DNA from: Harriotta raleighana
Taxonomy: Eukaryota
Direction: 5' to 3'
DNA length: 64,000 nt
Assembly: GCA_050575255.1 (NCBI GenBank)
Contig: JBNZDD010013584.1
Location: forward strand, 1,734,953 to 1,798,952
The notes under the pieces are model-generated. The model worked only from the letters and a program-made list of their open reading frames with translations, was not told the origin of the DNA and ran no database searches. A program made the translations under genes and the position numbers. This document shows, one piece after another, positions 1 to 13,809 of the stretch (position 1 is its first letter; every line of letters begins with the position of its first letter).

Positions 1-325
1 ACAACTACATCCCCAAGCCTTGGCTCATCGCATCCTCCTTATAATCTCCAGAATTAGTTTAGCAGAGATATACTGTGCTGTGTCTCCGCATATTATTTTC
101 TAATAGAAATCTATCTACAGTAATTTGTTCTCACTCACTCACTCTCCTCCCTCCGGAGCCTGTTCGGGGAAGAGTTCACGACTCGCTCAGTGAAATAGTG
201 TTTCCGCAGATTAGTCTGAACTTTTTCTCTTCAATCGCAGGCCGTGTCCTCTGGTTACTCTGTTCAATACTAGATAGGACACTGTATCCTGGTCCTTTCA
301 ACTCTATATTTGGGGATAGATTTGT

Positions 326-640
326 GGAGGCCTGTAGTTCAGTGGTTAAGAGCATTCGCTTACAAATGCGAGACCAGGGTTCAATTCCAGGCAGGTCAGG
401 GCGAAACCTTGGGCACGTTTCCTTACTCCACAAGCCTGATACCAATCCCTCCAACAAAAAACAATAATAAATTGGTCATTTTGACCCACGACTGTTTGAG
501 GGGGACGCTGCTGTGCGCAATTGGCTGCCACAAATATACAGTCAATTCACTTTACAGTAGATTCTGTGAAACGCTTTGAGACGTTTAGACATGATAAGGT
601 CCTATATCAAATGTGAGGATTATTATTTTATTATATTATT
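326..640 (+). mobile_element. tRNA-derived SINE, near full length
   Basis: A box (gtagttcagtggtt), B box (ggttcaattcc), shared body gctgtgcgcaattggctgcc, L2-like 3' tail ending in (TTA)n; many homologous copies in window. Confidence 0.85.
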
Positions 641-1424
641 TTAGCCCTAATTTTACTGCTGCACCCGAAACCCCCCTTTTCTATAAATCCTTGAGATTTG
701 CAAAACTAGAATTAATTTAAACGTGTATTTAAGAATTTGCCAATATCCTCAGAAATCCTGCAGTGAAACCTAAACCCTTTTCATTTATAATTAAAACGCG
801 ACCATTAATGTAAAACTCCACAAATACTGTATATTTGTAAAAAAAGATGAACGACTGAATCCAATGTAATGGGTCTGTCTGTGTGTCTGTCTCTGTGTGT
901 GTGAGGGGTGATTTGGAGTAGGATTTTTTCCTCCATCATCGATCCCATCGCCAGGAAAACCATTTGATAAACGTGTGTGAAATAGCTCCTGATTTTATTG
1001 TTCCCCCCTAAAATATTGCGATAGTTTAGTAATAGTGGATAATAATACACATGAATAGCGACCCCCACCCCCAAGTCTGTCCCTGTACCCCCACCCTCCC
1101 AGCCTCTGTCCCCAGCCCCTCCAGGTTGTCTTTCCCAAGCCCCCCCCACTCTGCTGGGCAATCTCTCTGGTTTATTCCCAGATTTAAGGCAGAAAGCTGA
1201 TCTAACAGCAGATTTGCTGTGAGATGAAAGTTTCCTGCTCTGATCCCCGCAGTGGGAGGTCAGGTTACACGGTGTGTGAATCCAGCCTGAGTCCCCCCGT
1301 CCCCCAGTTTGTTATATTGCTGGGGACACGTTTCGCTTGAATCCGGATTAAAGGCAGATTTCGGGCGTCGGAATCACAAAAACTTCGCGCATTGAAAATC
1401 ATCATCTCAGTTTGATCCGATTTC

Positions 1425-1500
1425 GTGTGTGTGTGACTGAGTGTGTGTGTGAGTGAGTGTGAGCGAGTGTGTGTGAGTGAGAGTGAGTGTGTGAGTGTGT
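1425..1500. repeat. (GT)n/(GAGT)n microsatellite
   Basis: Direct inspection. Confidence 0.9.
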
Positions 1501-3254
1501 ATTTTTTTTAGAAAATAAAATCCCCCAAACTAAATGATAAGAATATTTATATTTTGCGGCAACGGGCTCGATCACAGACACAATATAATATATAATATAC
1601 ACTGTACAGCAATAACTGTTTCTCCACAAACTAACTAACTAACAAGCAAACGCATGATGTTTATTGTTCTAACCTTATGCCGCCGTTTGCTCAAACGCTT
1701 TCCCCCCAGAATAGTTTCTAATGTAACTGTAACCCTGGGAACATTTAGGGGCAACATTTTGGTGAGATTAACCAACCCGAGAATATATAAAAAATAATAA
1801 TAAAAAAACTAACGGGACAGCGCAAAACACATCTCACTTTACAGCCAGTTGTCAATGTTATTTACCTAAGTTTTAAACGTACAAAACTATTTCCCAACGT
1901 GTAAAACGGGGGGTTAATCCCAGATCACTTGCTTTTAGAACAACAATCCGGATTTTCATCCGAATTAAATTGTATTCAAATCCATTTTATTTTTCGGTGG
2001 TAACAAAACAAACTAGATTCGATCATTAGGAGAGAAACATCTCCCCCAAGTCTGGTGTCCTATCGGTGGAGAAATTAATTCACATTAATACTGCTAGTAA
2101 TAATACTAATAATCCTGGCATTTGACATTGCCCTTTTCACGTCTTCTGGACGTCTCAAAGCGCTTCGCAGAATATACTGTAAAGTGAACTGACTGTCACA
2201 TTAAACCCGGTATTGGCAACTCAATTGCACAACAATTATTAGTGAAGGGAAACCAGGGAGATGGGAATTCGGGAATTAACCGAGTGACAGTCTTTAGGTT
2301 AAGTAAAATAGCCAGTCCCCTCAATACAAGGCTGGTCCTCACAGATTCTGGTTTAAAATATAGGAATAAAGCATTGATTTAGGGGGAAAAAATCGTAAAA
2401 GCAAAATTAGCCTGAAATACAGACGCCCATTAGTTTTTATCTGATAAACAATCCGAGTATTGCTTAAATAATTATGATAATAATCTTTGCATTTGATATA
2501 CAGCGGCTTCTCATGTTGAGTAGTCTCAAAACGCTTCACAACAAAAAAAAACTGCTAGGTTTAGTGACTGTGTATTGTGTGGGTGAAACGCAGCAGTCAA
2601 TTGTGCACAGCAGCGTCCCACAAACAGTCGTGGATTGAGTGACTGCCTTACTGTTACAACTGTCTTTTTTTTGCAGGGATTATTACCCCAGAAAGTGATC
2701 CGACAAACCGACTAACAACCAGGATCCTATTCACTGGGCAAACAGAGGCTTGTGGAGCAAGGAGACTTGTCACCACGGATCCTATGACTTAGAACCCAGC
2801 GCTCTAATCTGACACGTCTCCAAAAAATTAGTCGCACCAGGAAAAAAAGGAGGTATAAATAACTTGAATTAGGAATAAATAGTCTTTATAAATCCTCCAA
2901 CGACTCAAAGAGTTTTGCTCATAAAATCATTACACACCACAGTATATTCTATGAAGCACTTTGAGACATCTCAAAGACGCGATAAGGCACTGTATCAAAT
3001 GTTATTATAAAACAAAAATTATTATAAAACAAAACAGGTTCATATTTTAGTGGGGGGAACGGAATCTGGAGTTCTCTGCCTAGAGATCAGGGGTCCCACT
3101 CTCATCCCAATAACTTCATTAGCAACCCTCGGTTCAGTTCATTGCGAGCTAATACTGGAAACGTCTTGAACGATGAGAGAAATGAGCCCTCTATTAACTT
3201 AGGAACTACAGATGTCACTCAGCAGTTGGGTGTCGCGGATCGATCACGCTTTTA

Positions 3255-3470
3255 ATAGTAATAATAATAATAATAATCCTTGCATTTTGATACAGCGGCT
3301 TTTCACATCTTATCGTCGTCTCAAAGCGCTTCACAGAATATACTGTCAAGTGAGTTGACTGTATATTCGTGGGCGAAACGCGGCAGCCATTTGCGCACAG
3401 CAGTGTCCCACACACAAACAGTCATGGATTGAAATGACCAATATATGAATTATTTTTGGGATGATTAATT
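3255..3470 (-). mobile_element. 5'-truncated SINE. Further truncated copies at approx. 2095-2200, 2470-2690, 7000-7200, 8490-9000, 11460-11775, 19780-19880, 23620-23960, 25500-25690, 29600-29845, 38440-38600, 43520-43655, 45015-45130, 51350-51570, 61090-61290
   Basis: Shared SINE body/tail (cacaaatatacagtcaattcactttacag...aaatgcaaggattatta). Confidence 0.75.
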
Positions 3471-3769
3471 ATTATTAATAATAGATAGTCTACCCAAATC
3501 CAGCAATACAGTATATACATTTTTATATATATATATAATCACCTCAGGCTTCAGAATCAACAACAAAACAAAACAAAACTATATATATGTGTATATATAT
3601 ATATATTGGGACAGGCGAGTGAGTGTCTGACCCATCACCGTGATTCAGAGCAGAGTAATAGTCTGGAGATGACCAGACTCGAGTGATGGTGTGAATTGAC
3701 TGACCTGAGCCCGAGTTTGATTTGGAACAAAAAAGTGTACAGAACTTCACATGAAACAATCATAATAAG

Positions 3770-4155
3770 AAACACAGAGAGAGACCGAGACCAAGAGACA
3801 GGGACAGAGAGAGAGTGTCAGAGAGGGACAGGGACACAGAGGGATAGAGAGACAGGGACAGAGAGACAGAGGGTCACAGAGAGACAGGGACACAGAGGGA
3901 CAGAGAGACAGGGACAGAGACACAGAGAGACAGAGAGAGACAGGGACGCAGAGAGACAGGGACAGAGAAACATAGAGACTGAGACACAGAGAGAGACAGA
4001 GACACAACTGAGAAACGGAAAGACGGGAATACAGAGACACAGACAGAGTCACAGAGAGACAGGGACACACAGACAGACAGAGACATAGAGAGCGAGAAAG
4101 AGAGAGAGACACACACATAGACAGAGACACACAGATAGACAGACAGACAGAGACA
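3770..4155. repeat. GA-rich degenerate minisatellite (GAGACA/GGGACA units)
   Basis: Direct inspection. Confidence 0.9.
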
Positions 4156-4316
4156 GCGATGGAGCTGAGAGGTCAGTGAAACACCAGCCCATTGAAATGT
4201 ACAGTTGAAACAGTCTGAGGCTGGACACTGAAGCCCCCTGAAGCCGCTCAAACACCTGCCAGTGGGGGGGGAGGGGGGTCTGGTGTGAATGTGGGGAGAG
4301 GAGAGTCTGTGCTCAC

Positions 4317-4392
4317 CTTGGTTTGTTGAGGAGAAGCTGCCGAGGGAGGTGGAGAGGAGACACAGGGAGAGACACAGCCACTCCGCAGCCAT
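4317..4392 (-). CDS. First coding exon (signal peptide) of an unidentified secreted or membrane protein gene extending leftwards out of the window
   Basis: Minus strand: aggATGG context, MAAEWLCLSLCLLSTSLGSFSSTNQ, then consensus phase-1 donor AAG|gtgagc; GC-rich 5' region with CCAAT boxes upstream. Confidence 0.7.
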
Positions 4393-4449
4393 CCTGTCCG
4401 GTCCTGTCCTGTCCTGGCTCCGCTGTCACTGTCACTGCAGCTGCTCGCC

Positions 4450-4592
4450 TGACCGCCAGGGGGCGAGATCGTCTGTCACTCCCACACACACCCACCCCCA
4501 CCCCCTCCTCCCCCCTCAGCCAATCACTGCCCACCACTGCCACACATCCCCCTTATCATTGGCTGAGAAACCCCCTTAGCAGAAGCCAATCA
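4450..4592 (-). promoter_or_regulatory. Candidate promoter of the minus-strand gene: three CCAAT (NF-Y-type) boxes, a GATA site and a CTCF-like motif
   Basis: agCCAATca 4520-4524, ATTGGct 4558-4562, agCCAATca 4586-4590, CTTATC 4552-4557, CCGCCAGGGGGCG 4453-4465. Confidence 0.55.
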
Positions 4593-4721
4593 CACACAGT
4601 CACTGGAACCACACCCCCAACATCCACACAGCCTAATACACAGCACCCCCATACACACAGCCCCAATACACACAGTACACTGCCCCCGCCCCCCCAACAT
4701 ACAGCCCAATACACTGCCCCC

Positions 4722-4917
4722 NNNNNNNNNNNNNNNNNNNNNNNNNNNNNNNNNNNNNNNNNNNNNNNNNNNNNNNNNNNNNNNNNNNNNNNNNNNNNNN
4801 NNNNNNNNNNNNNNNNNNNNNNNNNNNNNNNNNNNNNNNNNNNNNNNNNNNNNNNNNNNNNNNNNNNNNNNNNNNNNNNNNNNNNNNNNNNNNNNNNNNN
4901 NNNNNNNNNNNNNNNNN
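4722..4917. other. Assembly gap (196 N)
   Basis: Run of n. Confidence 0.99.
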
Positions 4918-4991
4918 CCCCCCCACCATACAGCCCAATACACAGCACCCCCATACACACAGTCCCCAATACACAGCACCCCCCCCATTCA

Positions 4992-5328
4992 GAGCTCCTG
5001 TAGCTCAGTGGTTAGAGCACTCGCCTTACATGCCTTACAAGCATGAGACCTGTGTTCGAATCCAGGCAGATCAGGGCGAAACCTTGGGCAAGTTTCCTTA
5101 CTCCACATGCCTAATAATAATCCCTCCAAAAAACCCACAATAATAAAATTGGTCATTTCAATCTGTGACTGTTTGTGGGTCACTGCTGTGCGCAATTGGC
5201 TGCCTCGTTCCGCCCACAAATATACAGTCAATTCACTTTACAGTATATTCTGTGAAGCGCTTTGGGACGTTGATAAGATGTGAAAAGCGCTATATCAAAT
5301 GCAAGGATTATTATTATTATTATTATTA
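4992..5328 (+). mobile_element. tRNA-derived SINE, full length, inserted in minisatellite
   Basis: gtagctcagtggttagagc A box, gttcgaatcc B box, family body, (TTA)n tail. Confidence 0.9.
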
Positions 5329-8300
5329 TACACACAGCCCCCAATACACACAGTACACTGCCCCCCCAACACACAGTCCAATACACAGCACCCCCCCATA
5401 CACACAGCCCCAATACACACAGTATACTACCCCCAACATACAGCCCAATAAACAGCCCCCAATACACTTTCCCATACACGCAGCCCCCAATACAGTCTCC
5501 TATACACACAGCCCAATACACCCCCCTCCATACACACACAGTACACAGCCCACCCATACATATAGCCCCAATACACACAGTACACTGCCCTCCCTCAAAC
5601 ATACAGCCCAATAAACAGCCCCCAATACACTCCCCCATACACACAGCTTAATACATCCTCCCATACAAACACATCCAATACACACAGTACACAGCCCCCA
5701 ATACACACATGGCCCAATACGTACAGCCCAATAATACGTACACCTCCTAATACTCACAGCCCATTACATCCCCCTAATACACAGCCCCCAGTACACAGCT
5801 CAATACACACCCCTCAATGCACACAGCATCCCATACAGACCCCACCAATATACCCAGTACATACCCAAACAAACAGCACCCGAATACACAACTCCCGAAC
5901 ACCCCCAATACTCAGCATCTCCATACAGTCACCAATACACAGATCCTAATATACACACTACACACCCCAATACACAGCACCAATACACATCACCCCAATA
6001 TATATAGTAGTCTCATTGGATCTTTATTAATCCCAAGGATAATTGTTATCTGATCCACTTTATCATTGCCCCTTCCCTGATTATCAAACAGTCTCTTCTC
6101 TGGGGAAAAATAATCTACGAGTCATTAACATCTCGATATTAAAAAAAATGGAGCAAACAAGCATCCCAGTAATTACTGTGTGAATTGGTTTGATACCACG
6201 GTGCAAACGTTGTTATCACGACAAGTTTCTCAAAGTAGCAGCTAATTGTCTCGACAAGGAACCAGCCACGGCTGCACAAACATCGATTTAACCTTCAACT
6301 CCTACTTGAAATCTGTTTCTTTCTGGTTATATCTGACATGTTAATTTATGCTGGTTTTGTTTTTACCCCACCACCCCTACCCACCTCCTATTTCTCACGC
6401 TTTTATGTTTAAATACTTAATGTTAACGATCACGTGGACTTGTCAAACTCCATTCAGGCCGAAAGTCATGACATGTGCAGACAGAACTGATGAGATGCAA
6501 TGTTTGCTGGTGAGAAATCCTCTTTCTCATCAGGAAATAAACACCAGATGCGGACAATGTTACCCCAGAGACAAAAAGTATTACGGTCTATTGTGTAAAA
6601 AAAAACTTCCAACTGTAAGTTAATAAACACAGACCTTAAATGCTGAATGCAAACAGTTCATTAAGCTTTAATGTGTGACACAACATTTAAATTAATCCTA
6701 TCAATCAATACCAGCCAACGTTTCGCTCCGGTTCCAGTCTCGGATCTCTCAATTTTGAGTGTAATATCCTTTCAGAAATTTGATAGACTATTAGAGCGCT
6801 AACAACGCCCTGTCTGTCTTGCAAGCGACAAATTATTTTGCAAATGATTGTATTCAGTTTTAACTTTGAAGATGGTTTTTTGTTAAAGTTTTTAAAAAAA
6901 TTTTAACAGAAAACTGGCTTTCAAACTGAAGGGCTTCATTTAAGACTTTGGCAAATTCTTTATGCTCCAAATTGTTACATGGAGTAAATTTTAAAAAACT
7001 TATCCTTGCATTTGATATAGAACCTTATCTCGTCTTTGAGACATCTTTCTTATTATTATCTCAAGATGCTTCACAGGATATTCTGTAAAGTGGGTTGACT
7101 GTATTTTGTGGGCAAAAATACACAGAGTTATGTTGGCAAAACGCTGCAAACAATTGCGCACAGTAGCCTTCCGTGGATTGAGTGACTGATGTTACTTGGG
7201 GGGATTGTTGGACAGGACTCTGAGAGAGATAAATTCCCTTCTCTATTCAAATCGTGCCATGGGATGTTAATGTCCACCTGAACAGGAATATAGGACCTTG
7301 GTTTAATGTCTCATCCAAAGGAGGAAATGAATTGAACGAGGAGTCAAGGTCCAATACACTATGATTTGCCTCTGGGGTAAAGTTTCTGCAGACACCAGTC
7401 TGACCTGGGATAGGGAGACTGTTTCAATATGTTCAACAGTTGCAAGCAAACTCACATAGACAAAGGTGTTTACAACCAATATTGAGGTAAAGTAAAAGGT
7501 GGCGTTTAGTTATTTCCCTCCTGAGGGTTGTCAGCTAATCAGAAGCTAAATATAGATCTGACTGTTCACCAATGGGGTCTTACTGCAGATGATGAAGATA
7601 CTGAGCGACCCCTTCAGTCTAGGGATGGGATTGCAGCCACTCCATACAACAAGGTCCAGTTTATTCCTACTTTTCAGCACTGAATGTGACAATATCCTGA
7701 CTTCACTTCATTTATTAACATCTCAATATTGACTATTGATACGGAGAAGAAATGTTAGTGTTCTGAAGATTTCATATTTTTTTCAGACCCTCACACCTTC
7801 CTTTCCCATCTTCAGGTCACGCCTGAATATCTTTCTCCTCCACCGACTGACCGCACTTACGGTCACCTTCCCCCTCCCACTGGCTTGGCCTCAGGCTCCA
7901 TCATTATGATGCTCGCTGAGATGCCGCCCGGCATGGAGGAAGGGCGCTAAATAAATGCGAGTTGTACTTGTTTGCCAACAAATCCAGGGTCACTACACTC
8001 AACATATATATAAATGCCCATCGAAGCCTTGAGACTTTACAGAGGCTGGATCAATCTCGTTATTATTTTGACCATAATTATTATTCAGGGTGGATGCATT
8101 TACAAAGCTAACTTCAATACGTAATCTTTAGAACACTAATAAAACATTCATGGCAAATCATGGATTGTTTAAACTCTCTGATCACTTTGGCTGAGCACTG
8201 AGCAAGTCTTTCGCTATTCAGGTTTCTGTGCGGAAACCTTGCCTGTGTCTCTCTCGGTTCCTCTGTGTGTATGTGTGTGCACACATGCCAGACAGTGACA

Positions 8301-11300
8301 GGGGATTGGATGGGATGCCAACAATGCAAGCAGCAATATTCCCCAGGCACTTAAATCACAAGTGACTTACGAGTCCCTCTGAGGAGTGCAACAACCTTGC
8401 GATGCACCAGAGAAACACAAACCGACCTTGTGGGGGGAAACTTTGAGAGAGAGAGGACAATGGCAATAAAGTGGAGGGGGTGAAAAATGATAATGATCCT
8501 TGCATTTTTTTTGTAGTGCATTGTCATGTCATTGAGTCATCTCAAAGTGTTTCGCAGAATTTACTAGAAAGTGAATTCACTGTATATTTTGTGGGTGAAA
8601 CTGGCACTAAATCTTTCAATAATCTCTCGGTTCCTCCAATTCCTTCTCTGGGTTTGTAATGATATTTAGTCAGGGCCCACAATGATGTTACTGAGATTGC
8701 AGATCCACTGTGCCAAATTTTGTCCATAAAATATACAGTCACTACACTTTACAGCATATTCTGTGAAGTGTTTGGAGTCTTGAATACATGCTAAGATTAT
8801 ATATCAAATGCAAAGATTATTATAATAATTAAAACCCATGATTCCCTTTCTCTAAAATTTCTTCCTGGAATTAAAATGAGAGAATACCAGTGCAAATCGG
8901 CTGCCACATTCACCTACAAATACACAGGCACTACACCTTACAGTAAAACCCTGTGAGGCACTTTGAGATGTCTTGACGATATATGAGATGCAAGGATTAT
9001 TCTCCTATAGTACATGTTGCCAGATCTTTGATTTCTTGATAAACTCACACAGTTTCCCTATAGAATCATGGGCTATCTGGCTGCCGACATGATAAGTTTG
9101 TAGCTTTGAAGCCAAACGTCTCTCCAATGGACAGACAGCTCGATCACCATCAGTGAAGCAGAGTCTCCCAGTGGAGAATATTTAACTGTTCACCATCTCT
9201 GCCCATTCACGGAGGCAATAGAGACCACATCACACTCTCTGTTTGTGGGCAGTTGTCAAAGGAAGCCCAATATCACTTATTCCTACATCTAGACACCCTC
9301 TCTCTTCAATGTTTACTCCATTGAAAGGTAATTGTTTTTTTCTCTCTCCTTTTATGTTACTTCCAAAGCTCGTTACAACTGAAAAGATCAACATAACTAT
9401 TTCCCTTCCCTCCACGTCAGTGTGCAGGAAACACTAAACAAATGTTTCATCTGATAGTCACCCTGAAGCTAACCAGGGAAGCAGGCAGCGAGAGTCAGAG
9501 ACTCTGTCAATATGCAGCTCTCTCACTCACTCTCACTTTCTCGCCACTGGTTATGGGTTCAAGCTCCTCTTTGGAGTTTAAGCTTAAGGTGTGCACTGAC
9601 TATTCAGTGAACAGGAGGGAAGGGCTGTCAAGAGTCTTGTGGATGAGATTCCAGTCTGCCTGCTCAGGTGGCTACAACGATTGTTACTGCACTTGACAAT
9701 AATTACCACAAAGTACGTTGGAGATGGTTGGATGCAGCAGGCTCTATAAAAACACAAGGTCTTTCTTCTCATAGAAAACACAAAGCTCCAGAAGCAGTAC
9801 AAGAAAGAGTGGATGTCAAACTCCAGCTGAGAATAAAGCTCGTCAGACAATCCCGATACAAAAGACAATATATATCAGCTCACAATACGACAGCAGAACA
9901 ATTTGATGCAGTTGAGAAACTTGTCAGGTCTGGGATCAGCGCATTCCAAGAATGCTCTAAAAGAAATTATATCTGAATATCAACAACAATGTGCATATTG
10001 GTTTAAATCTCCTGCCTAAGAGTGAGATGTCAGTCACTGGTTAAATGAAGCTCTTGATCTCTCATGCCCTTAAGTGTGTTATTATCAGCCAAAAAAAACC
10101 TGAAACATAACGGAGCCCGGGGGAAAAGGGGGGAAGATTATAAAATGGTTTATCTCATAAGAATGTTTCAGGTTTAATGATGAAACGAGAAAGGGAGAAA
10201 GCACAACCGCTCAGCAGAAATATATAGACATCATCAGGCCCCAAATTTATTTGTTTGTTAATGTTCAGAATCTTTTCCCCTGGAGTAGAGATCAAGAGGG
10301 GATGTGACTGAGAATTTGACATCGTATCTGTAACAGACGCTGCTTTATTTGTGTGAAATATTCAGGTGTTGGAATGGTTTGCAAAGTTTGTCTCCAATAC
10401 TGGATGGATGTAGACAGATATCGCAGGTCAGGCCTGGCTCACTGCCATGATACAACATGTGTTTATATAGCACCCCCTGGTGCAGAATAGCATCCTAGGC
10501 TGCCTGGCAGCGGCAAGGCCAGTATTGACTATGATACCAGGTACAAACCAATTTACACAAGGAGAGGAACTGGAGATTTTCCCCTGGAGTACAGATCGCG
10601 GTGATGTGATGGAGAATTTGGAAATCAGGGAAGGTAGATGGGAGATTATTAGTGGATATGATTCATATTTAAAATTAACAGTCACTGGCTGTGACAGAAT
10701 TTCCTCAGTTTCCATACGGAGCAAAAGGGACTGATGGTGTTTTTTTCTGTCTGTTGTGGTCGCTATGATGTGAATCGCTGGCGTAAGCCAAACAAAGACG
10801 ATTGACATCCATGGCTCTCTGTGGCTCAAAGCCCTGAGACAAGCTGTCAGACACCCAGAGCTAAGATAAATGAGGCCTCGTCTGCTAACACAGTGATCAA
10901 ACTCTGACCCCATCAGTGACCTACATCTGAGGAAGGAATAGTTAAAGAGATTCCACTGTTCCACTTACAGAAGCAATATTCTCTCCTCAACAATCACCTT
11001 GTCAATCTCAGGTCAGCTTCACAAACTAAAAATCAAGCAACCTTACATCTATCTACATGTGGCTGAGTTAATATAAGCAGTGGAGACTCTCATTAGAGAG
11101 ATTACTACATTAAAACACAACTAAATTTCAGAATATCAAGGCTTCGGAAAGAAGTTACAGGAACATGAGAAGGTGACACACCACAAAGAGAAAAATAGAT
11201 TCTATCTTCATTTCACTTTTGCTCACGATTTGTTCAATCTCTGTTTCTGCACGATTTTCCCAATGTAAAATACAATGTGTGGATTATAGCTTGATTCTAG

Positions 11301-11785
11301 GGGTTAATATAACTGACAACAACTTGTATATATATAGTGCCCCTCATCCAGGATAGTGTCTCAGAAGGAATGGACACCACACAAACACATACACACGCAC
11401 ACACTCTCTCTCACTCCGACACACAGAGTAACCATCAGTCTCAAAGCTGGAGAGGATATCAATAATCATAATAATAATCATAATAATCACATTTTCTAGA
11501 CGTCTCAAAGCTTCATGAAAAATACTAGAAAATTAATTGACTGTATATTTGTGGGAGAAAAGCGGCAGCCAATTGCACACAGCTGTGTCCCACAAACAGT
11601 TGTGAATTGAGTGACCAAATTATTTTTTTGAGTCAGTCAATACAATAAAACTTACATTTCGCCCACAAATATACAGTGGAATCAGTTTACAGTATTCTGT
11701 GAAGCGTTTTGAGACGTCTAGAAGACATGAAAAGCGCTAGATCAAATGCAAGGATTATTTTATTATTATTATTACATTCCATGTA

Positions 11786-12379
11786 CAGTAAAACCCCGTT
11801 TATCTGGCACCCACAGGCTCTGGCCAGTGGCAGTTAAACGATTTTCTGGTTGAAATTTTTTTTTAAAAAAAACTAAAATTAGAAATTATTTTAACACATA
11901 GCATATTAATAATAGCCTAAATAATAACAGAANGCTGGTTGAATTTTTTTAAAAAAAAATTAAAATTAGAAATTATTTTAACACATAGCATATTAATAAT
12001 AGACTAAATAATAACAGAATATTATATTAGTAACTTTATTATTTATACTTAACTTCGCGATGGCAGCCCTTACCCGATAGAGGTAAAAAAAACGCGCCTT
12101 TTAAAAGGAGCAGGAGCGAGTTTACGCTTNGATGGCAGCCCTTACCCGATGGAGGTAAAAAAAACGCGCCTTTTAAAAGGAGCAGGAGCGAGTTTACGCT
12201 TGACTAGCGACCAGCCAATATACTTGCACCAATACTCACGTATGACAGTCGATTCATTAAATGAGTCATCACTATTTGCTGGATAATTTCCGGTTCATCG
12301 AATCGGGACTGTTTTTGGGAGATGGCGGTTGAACCGGGTTTTCCGATTCATCGAGTCATAGATAAACAAGGTTTTCATG
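11786..12379. mobile_element. Non-autonomous Tc1/mariner-pogo(Tigger)-type MITE
   Basis: Imperfect TIRs CAGTAAAACCCCGTTTATCT / AGATAAACAAGGTTTTCATG, flanked by TA on both sides (11784-85, 12380-81). Confidence 0.7.
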
Positions 12380-13473
12380 TAATGCATTTCACATTGAAGC
12401 GACATCTCAAAATGCCGCACAACTGCTTATTGATCATTCGATATCAATCAATAATCTGAATAATCTTGGGTTCCATTCAATAGGGAGGTTAGGGAGCAAT
12501 TTCAGGACAGATATTAGGAATTTTTTCTTTTCTCAGTGGGTAATTAATGACTGGAACAGATTGTCAAGAAACGTAGTTGAGGTCAAGAGATTGGGACAGC
12601 AGGTTGGAGCGATGGGCAGATCAGCCAAACGTCTTCTTCATCTGAAAACCATTCTGTGAGTAAAGCATCTTAAATTAATGCAGGGAATCAACATCGTAGA
12701 GCAGAGGGCGACTCTCCCTTTGGTAGAGGGATCCAAAGCAGGAGGACATCATCTTACAGTCTTAAATTACTTCTCAGACCCCCTTAGAGAGTTAGTGACT
12801 GGCCTGAGGTGAGATGAGGAGGAGCAGATGTAAAGGGAATGGTTTAATTTGCCTCTTGCTCAAACGTAGTAATTCGCTGTTTGTGAATGTTAATTTATTT
12901 TAAGGAACATCTGAACCGAGGTATCAGTAGCGGTTTCTTGTGAATGAGAAAGTTTATCTCAGTACCTTCCGACATCCACTGTTTACTGAATCTTTGAACA
13001 ATGAAATTGGAAAGGAAAGCGAGATCAGACACTCGGTTTTAAAACCCCTGATGAATTATTCAGCCGAGATGTGAAGACAGACGAGTGGCTACGGGATGTA
13101 ATTTGCAGGAACTTTGCATAATGACATCCATTTTATCATATCCCTTATCATAATGCCGCCCCGCTTAAACATATCCCTCAAATCATTAGAAATAAATGGG
13201 AAAGGAAGGGAGGACGATGGAGGAAACAGGGAAATAGTTCAAACAGATATTTTTTCCCCGAGAATATGTATTCCTGAAAGTGTTGCAGCCTGATATTAAA
13301 CACATTGAAATGCTAAATAACTAATACATTTGCACTTGTGCTTTTCATGAAATGAGTTTAAACTGGTCCAGAAATGTTGAGTTGTTCCTCCGCCATGACT
13401 TTGAACATTGAGGTTGTTTTTCTCGAGTTCCTTGGGCTGTCCATCACAAAGTGCTTTGCGTGTAGTGTAACTG

Positions 13474-13809
13474 TAATAATAATAATCATTGCATTTGATA
13501 CAGCGCTTTTCATATATTTTTGCATCTTATCGACGTCTCAAAGCACTTCACAGAATATACTGTAAAGTGAATTGACTGTATATATGTGGGCAAAACGCAG
13601 CAGCTAATTGCGCACAGCTGTGTCTCACAAACAGTCATGAATTGAAAATGACCAATTTTTATTATTGTGGGTTTTTTGGAGGGATTATTATTAGGTGTGT
13701 GTGTGGAGTAAGGAAATTTGCCCAAGGTTTCGCCCTAATCTGCCTGGATTCGAACACAGGTTTCAAGCTTGTAAGACGAGTGATCTAACCATTGAGCTAC
13801 AGGAGCTCC
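13474..13809 (-). mobile_element. tRNA-derived SINE, full length
   Basis: Reverse complement of the family consensus with A/B boxes and (TAA)n tail. Confidence 0.9.

Larger units (their letters stand above)
4600..6000. repeat. CA-rich degenerate minisatellite (CCCAATACACACAG-like units), interrupted by an N gap and a SINE
   Basis: Direct inspection. Confidence 0.85.

Noticed and set aside
4992-5070. tRNA genes at SINE heads
   Set aside because: A/B boxes run straight into SINE body and (TTA)n tail, and copies are diverged; these are SINEs
3696-6053. Long low-complexity ORFs (ETERQ-, SLSV-, HTAP-rich)
   Set aside because: Translations of minisatellites and N gap; only the 4317-4392 leader has splice and promoter support
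9584-10964. 100-180 aa ORFs at 9668-9976 and 10428-10964
   Set aside because: No recognisable domain or convincing splice signals; partly overlap degraded CR1-like sequence
11845-12200. Two short tandem duplications (around n at 11933 and 12130)
   Set aside because: Each is split by a single N and differs at only a few bases; typical of allelic contig-end overlaps rather than biology
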